From contig JBAXBA010000056.1 in NCBI GenBank assembly GCA_037142195.1, forward strand, positions 1 to 23,090: a stretch of DNA of 23,090 bases. The letters run 5' to 3'. The translations under genes and the position numbers were made by a program. This document shows positions 19,011-23,090 of the stretch, piece by piece (position 1 is the stretch's first letter; every line of letters begins with the position of its first letter). This DNA comes from Pseudomonadota bacterium. GTDB taxonomy: Bacteria > Bdellovibrionota_B > Oligoflexia > Oligoflexales > CAIMVM01. Under the pieces are notes generated by a model. That model was not told the DNA's origin. It was given only the letters and a program-made list of their open reading frames with translations, and made no database searches.

Positions 19011-19055
19011 AAAACTCAAGGCCGCTCTTTTTCGAGAGAGCGGCCTTGTAGTTTT
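19011..19055. terminator. Bidirectional rho-independent terminator between convergent genes
   Basis: Perfect 12-bp stem caaggccgctct (19017-19028) / agagcggccttg (19037-19048) that can extend to close a TTCG loop. Flanked by aaaact and agtttt, giving short U-tracts on both strands. Confidence 0.85.
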
Positions 19056-19115
19056 ATGGAAGGTAGGGAGAGCTCTAAGAGAATGCTACCTGACTTTTTC
19101 TAGGGAAGGCATAGT

Positions 19116-19988
19116 CTATCGAGTTTGCGGGCACAGTCCTTGATAATCTGCGTCATTCATAAACCAAGGTTTGCCGAGAACACAGGCCAGGGACTGGGAA
19201 AACTCTTTGTAAAACTCTGGGTGACGTTCTGCTAAATTTTTGTGGGACTCAGGGCGGCAGTAGTACTCGCTGGAAAGTAGGATGAGTCCCCTGCGAACGA
19301 AAGTAGGGGAGAGTGGACCAGAGGCTCCAAAGTCTAAGAAGGGTAGGTCAGGATTAGAGAATAGTTTGAGGTTGGAAATGGTTTTATAGCGCCAAAAGCT
19401 GAACTTCTGATAGTCATTGAGCGGCTTTTCTGAGGCATCGATCGGTTTTCCTGGGGTCGGAGACATTAAGTCTAAATAATGGTCCTCTTGTTGGCGCCAG
19501 AAATAATCATAAACCAGCGAAAAAACTCCAGGCAGTAACGAAACGTTGACTTGAGAGTCGAAGGAGTCTTTAAGGTCTTCATCTTTTTTAAGAACAATAC
19601 TAAGCTTCTTCTTTTCCTGATTGACACACAATAGTGGTCGGCCCTTGGGGCTCTCAGCAGAAAATTTACAATCGGCAGAAGGATCGTTGGCAGGTGTTAC
19701 TGAAATTTGAAAGCCATTTTTTTTAAGCAATTGGGTGGCGTACATAGGAATCGCAGAGGCGTTTTCCTTAACTGCTGAGGCGACGGATTTCGAAAGAAAG
19801 GAGGTGTCAGCTAAAATCGGTTTTAAATCTAATTGTAGAGACAAATCTCCACATGCCGCTACTTCAGCTAAGGGAGCAGGATGTTGAGTGTCGGAAGGCT
19901 TAGGGGTGCGGAAGAAATATAGGTACAATCCTACCATCAGCACCATCACGAATAGAATTAAAGAAATATTTCCATACTTTTTTTTCAT
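19116..19988 (-). CDS. Membrane-anchored exported protein (290 aa), probable ATLF/PPEP-1-like metallopeptidase fold lacking HExxH
   Basis: ATG 19988 lies 1 nt after the upstream stop and opens with MKKK plus a hydrophobic helix, so the ORF-track start at 20081 is probably wrong. 'SSEYYCRPESHKNLAERHPEFYKEF' resembles the C-terminal ATLF-type motif. The CDS is solid; the family call is tentative. Confidence 0.7.
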   Translation of the reverse strand: MKKKYGNISLILFVMVLMVGLYLYFFRTPKPSDTQHPAPLAEVAACGDLSLQLDLKPILADTSFLSKSVASAVKENASAIPMYATQLLKKNGFQISVTPANDPSADCKFSAESPKGRPLLCVNQEKKKLSIVLKKDEDLKDSFDSQVNVSLLPGVFSLVYDYFWRQQEDHYLDLMSPTPGKPIDASEKPLNDYQKFSFWRYKTISNLKLFSNPDLPFLDFGASGPLSPTFVRRGLILLSSEYYCRPESHKNLAERHPEFYKEFSQSLACVLGKPWFMNDADYQGLCPQTR

Positions 19989-19989
19989 A

Positions 19990-20859
19990 CTATTTTCCAA
20001 CAAGCTTAAGATTGTTTTTACTGATAGACGCACAGCTTCCCGAATGCCATGCGCAGTCTGAATTCGTTCCACATTGTCCATAACCCATGGCGAAGCAGTC
20101 CTCTAGGAAAGAGATTCCTTGATGGGGCGCTTCGAGGGGGGATATGGCAAAAAATTTGGCCTGATTCAGATTTTTACTTGGGCTTTGTCGATCTTGGTTT
20201 TTTAGGGTTTTATCGGACCCGTGGAGCGATTTTTGGGCTAGTCCCTCGATGATGGGTCGGATAGGTTGGGATGGGGTCGTGGAATACTGAGATGAGTACC
20301 AGGCAAAAGAGGCCGTCGTGGCAAAGAAAGAGTTAGATTGATGCAGTTGATAATCACAGAAGGAGTTCTGGCCTCTCACTTTGAAATTCCATCGCGCCAA
20401 AAACTTGTCAAAGAAGCCAAGTCCGTTCTGTATGGACTGCTTGCAACCATCTTCGTCAAAAATTCTGACATTAAGGTTTCCCTCGCTAAACCGGCTTGGC
20501 AACACCTTTCCAGAAACCACCCATTCGCCGTTTTTGACACCTATAGTCACACCAAGCGGCAAACGATCTTCATAAATACCCATAACCCTTATAGGTCTCG
20601 TTCCGACGGTGGCTTTAAATTTCCAGTTAACTTCCCCTCCAATTTCTACGACGAGCGGAGAAACGGGCGCCACTTTGAAAGTCGAGGAGTTTAAGTCGAT
20701 GCGCTCGCATGCCGGTAGGAAGGTAAGCAGAAAACAGATCGCTCCTAAAGGTCTCCGCCGCTCATATTTGCTTGAGCTAGAAGATAGGTGGTTTCGGTTC
20801 ACGTCGCGAGTTTTCCTGCGCGAAAGTAAATGGCACTTAGACAAATTCAAAAAAGTCAT
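19990..20859 (-). CDS. Putative lipoprotein with an Ig-like segment and a Cys-rich C-terminal motif
   Basis: RRR, hydrophobic stretch, then lipobox LPA-C. 'LPLGVTI...WVVSGK' resembles He_PIG-type Ig repeats. C-terminal CFAMGYGQCGTNSDCAWHSGSC. Start could be ATG 20859 or GTG 20802. Confidence 0.7.
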   Translation of the reverse strand: MTFLNLSKCHLLSRRKTRDVNRNHLSSSSSKYERRRPLGAICFLLTFLPACERIDLNSSTFKVAPVSPLVVEIGGEVNWKFKATVGTRPIRVMGIYEDRLPLGVTIGVKNGEWVVSGKVLPSRFSEGNLNVRIFDEDGCKQSIQNGLGFFDKFLARWNFKVRGQNSFCDYQLHQSNSFFATTASFAWYSSQYSTTPSQPIRPIIEGLAQKSLHGSDKTLKNQDRQSPSKNLNQAKFFAISPLEAPHQGISFLEDCFAMGYGQCGTNSDCAWHSGSCASISKNNLKLVGK

Positions 20860-20870
20860 ATGGCAGCCCT

Positions 20871-22406
20871 TTAATAAGTTCTAAAACTTTTGAAAAATAG
20901 GGGAAATTCTAAGTTGCGATCAAAGGTCTCCCCGCGAAGGGAGTCTGACAAAAGGTAGCTATACGAGACGTCTCCGACGGGTATCATCATGTATTTTGCA
21001 AGTACAAATTTCTCTAAATCTTGAACCACCTTTATCGTTTGGTCGGAAGAGTTGTCTTTTTTGTCTAGTGCCGTCTCGAAGGTTTTAAATTCTTTTTTGT
21101 AATTCGGATATAGTTTTGTCAGCAAATCTAACAAATCATTTAAGTAACGATCCGAATAGCTGATCCTGGTGAATATAAGGTCATCTTTGGGGAAATTTCC
21201 TAGGCTTTCTTTTTCTGCGTTTAGTGCTCTTTCCATTAAATCTACGTTGTAGGTTACTTTTAATCGTGCCTTGAAAAAGGTGATAAAAGTCTTTGCCAAA
21301 TCTGAGTCGTCATGGCTTATCTTAAGACTCGTAAATCTGGGTTTGAGGTGCTCCATCAAAGACTTAGCATCAGCAACCGAGGCAAAGTTAAATTCCGGGA
21401 GAGAAGCCACTAAAGGTTTGCCATTTTCAAGAGCAAAGTTATTGGGAATCAGATGAAAGTTGGGCAAAAGACTGGATCCACTATAGTTCAAGCCAAAGAT
21501 TTCACCTCGATTCAGAGCTTTGGCTATAAATTCCCCGAATTTGGAATGGCCGTTTGGATCCAGTGGAGCAAAGATAGCAAAAAGATCTCCCCTGGAGCCT
21601 CTTCGTACTTTTTCCATGAGGCTTCTTGGATTCAAATTGCCTAGCAAAACAGGGCCAACAAAATCTATTTTTCCGCTACTAAAGTCTAATACTTGGTCTT
21701 CTGTTTTTCGACTTTTAAACACGACTTGTATCTGATCCACAGGAGTTTCATTTAGGTTCGAAGGCTGTTCCCCGGAGGCTTTCGGGGTGGCGGTTTGCTT
21801 GGACTCAGGAGAAGACGCATTCTTTGCGGATTTGAAGTCGGGGCTCGAGTTGAGTGTCACTTTGTCTTTTTTCCAAGCTATCTGGCTAAACTTGCCAAAA
21901 CACCGCATTTCATCGGGGCGTTTGATGGGAGAACTTTCACGGGAATCTATAAGTGTTTCTTGTAGGAATTTGACGACTTCCTGGTGAGTTCTTTCGCTTG
22001 TTAAAGCAAGTTCGGATTCCTGAGCGGCAGTAAGTTCTTCGCCTGCTTCAAGACGTTTATTTAGAGAGAGTCGAATGAGATTTAAAGAGAGAGCTTCCCC
22101 AGTACCCCATTTAAGGTCGGGATTGATTTTAATGAGGTATTTATGGGAATCCGTCTTTTCTAAGGATTGAAGCCAACCGCCCTCTTCATTTTCTGGATCC
22201 TTAGGATTTGCCGGTTGGCAATGGCGATGAATCCAAAGAAAATTAGGATCCGCCTGGAAGTCCTTTTCGGAAATAGGATTTAGATAGAGGGAAATAGGGG
22301 CCTCTGCAGTAAAAGTTGGTGTAAGGGGAGTTTTTGAGAAGTAGTATAGCGTAGGTGCGGCTACCGCTGCACCTAGGAGCCACCATTTTCGCTGTCCAAG
22401 TTTCAT
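20871..22406 (-). CDS. Divergent ABC transporter family-5 (OppA/DppA-like) substrate-binding protein
   Basis: Collinear family-5-like motifs: 'YLIKINPDLKWGTGEALS', 'VLDFSSGKIDFV', 'AKALNRGEI', 'LEKFVLAKYMMIPVG...YLLSDSLRG'. N-terminal signal or anchor; GAGG RBS. Confidence 0.75.
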   Translation of the reverse strand: MKLGQRKWWLLGAAVAAPTLYYFSKTPLTPTFTAEAPISLYLNPISEKDFQADPNFLWIHRHCQPANPKDPENEEGGWLQSLEKTDSHKYLIKINPDLKWGTGEALSLNLIRLSLNKRLEAGEELTAAQESELALTSERTHQEVVKFLQETLIDSRESSPIKRPDEMRCFGKFSQIAWKKDKVTLNSSPDFKSAKNASSPESKQTATPKASGEQPSNLNETPVDQIQVVFKSRKTEDQVLDFSSGKIDFVGPVLLGNLNPRSLMEKVRRGSRGDLFAIFAPLDPNGHSKFGEFIAKALNRGEIFGLNYSGSSLLPNFHLIPNNFALENGKPLVASLPEFNFASVADAKSLMEHLKPRFTSLKISHDDSDLAKTFITFFKARLKVTYNVDLMERALNAEKESLGNFPKDDLIFTRISYSDRYLNDLLDLLTKLYPNYKKEFKTFETALDKKDNSSDQTIKVVQDLEKFVLAKYMMIPVGDVSYSYLLSDSLRGETFDRNLEFPLFFKSFRTY

Positions 22407-22440
22407 GACTTTGTCCTCGTACCTTATTTCAAGCTATGCA

Positions 22441-22700
22441 ATGCTACGCGATTTGATTCTAACATAGATTGAGAGGAAGGATTCCATTTAGGCTTAAAAA
22501 GAACTCGAACAGAGGGTGAGCGCTTTGAGGCGATTGCAAAAAAAGCGCTAAAAAGCTCTGGTTATAGCTATATAAATCTACACAACAGGGTCTTCGGGAC
22601 CCCTAGGAAATGGAGGCCAGGAAATAGGAATCCGCATAGAGAGCGAGGGGAGATGCGAGGGAAGAGCCGAGGGAAAAGGCTGGTGCCATCGCCATGGGCT
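22441..22700 (+). pseudogene. Remnant of an Rpn-family (PD-(D/E)XK recombination-promoting nuclease) C-terminal tail
   Basis: 'MLRDLI' (22441), then in another frame 'EEGFHLGLKRTRTEGERFEAIAKKALKSSGYS' (from 22473), and 'EGRCEGRAEGK' (22645-22677). These match the EG-repeat plus IAKxxLxxG tail pattern. Confidence 0.45.
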
Positions 22701-22846
22701 TTGCCTGGGTTTAGTTTTTATAGAGAACGCTGGTGCTCGGAGAGATGTGCAGGCATCTTCCAGGAGGCCGAAGCGCGATTTCTAGAGATTTGATGTTTAT
22801 GCATCCTACTTAAGGGGCATATGGGATCACTTGGAGGTAGGCATTC

Positions 22847-23090
22847 GTGTCTCTTATGTTTTCTTTCCAGACGAGTTCTTTTAGGCATAAAGTCGGTTTA
22901 GAGAGATTGCAGTCTTTAAAGCAAATTCTAAGTGACGTCATTTCTCAATTCCATTTGCTCCCCTTTGTGGTGAAGTCACCATTTTGGGAAAAAATCGAGA
23001 CTCCAAGCTGCCCAAAGGTATATGCGCGGTCTCTCCCGCTACATGAAACTTATGCAAACTTGGGCATCCAAGCCGGCTGTTCATTTCCCA
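22847..23090 (+). CDS. Hypothetical protein, 5' part only (runs off the window)
   Basis: GGAGGT (22833-22838), 8-nt spacer, GTG 22847; open for 81 codons to the window end (...LHETYANLGIQAGCSFP). Absent from the ORF track, probably because it has no stop in the window. Confidence 0.5.
   Translation, partial: MSLMFSFQTSSFRHKVGLERLQSLKQILSDVISQFHLLPFVVKSPFWEKIETPSCPKVYARSLPLHETYANLGIQAGCSFP
23045..23090 (+). repeat. Imperfect direct repeat, copy 2 (partner at 375-420); possibly cut by the window edge
   Basis: gaaacttatgcaaacttgggcatccaagccggctgttcatttccca; 39/46 identity with 375-420. Confidence 0.85.

Noticed and set aside
19989..20081. N-terminal extension of the 321-aa ORF
   Set aside because: It overlaps the upstream gene by about 90 nt. 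ATG 19988 gives translational coupling and a proper signal or anchor.
20049..21987. Short + strand ORFs opposite the minus-strand operon (and the 2080-2409 minus ORF)
   Set aside because: Antisense shadows of better-supported genes.
1..23090. CRISPR array, tRNA/rRNA, integrase or intact transposase, integron attC array
   Set aside because: No regularly spaced repeats, RNA-gene signatures, recombinase motifs or convincing attC sites were seen by eye. A covariance-model search was not possible.

Overview
Bacterial genomic window, dominated by one giant CDS (true start probably ATG 4100, end 18982, about 4,960 aa). The gene content loosely suggests Bdellovibrionota/Oligoflexia, but this is inference only. 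The giant protein is a predicted surface lipoprotein/adhesin with tandem Ig-like modules, an internal tandem duplication of about 900 aa, and a C-terminal beta-propeller-like head. It converges, across a bidirectional intrinsic terminator, on a tightly coupled three-gene minus-strand operon of envelope proteins: an orphan family-5 solute-binding-like protein, a lipoprotein, and a membrane-anchored protein resembling an ATLF/PPEP-1 metallopeptidase fold without HExxH. The left 4 kb holds an intact HEPN-MNT toxin-antitoxin pair, a DUF4258/HTH pair whose toxin has a frameshift and a nonsense codon, and eroded gene remnants. The right end holds an Rpn-like C-terminal remnant and a CDS that runs off the window. 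A 46-bp imperfect direct repeat (375-420 and 23045-23090) brackets almost the whole region. All family calls come from motif recognition by eye; no searches were run.
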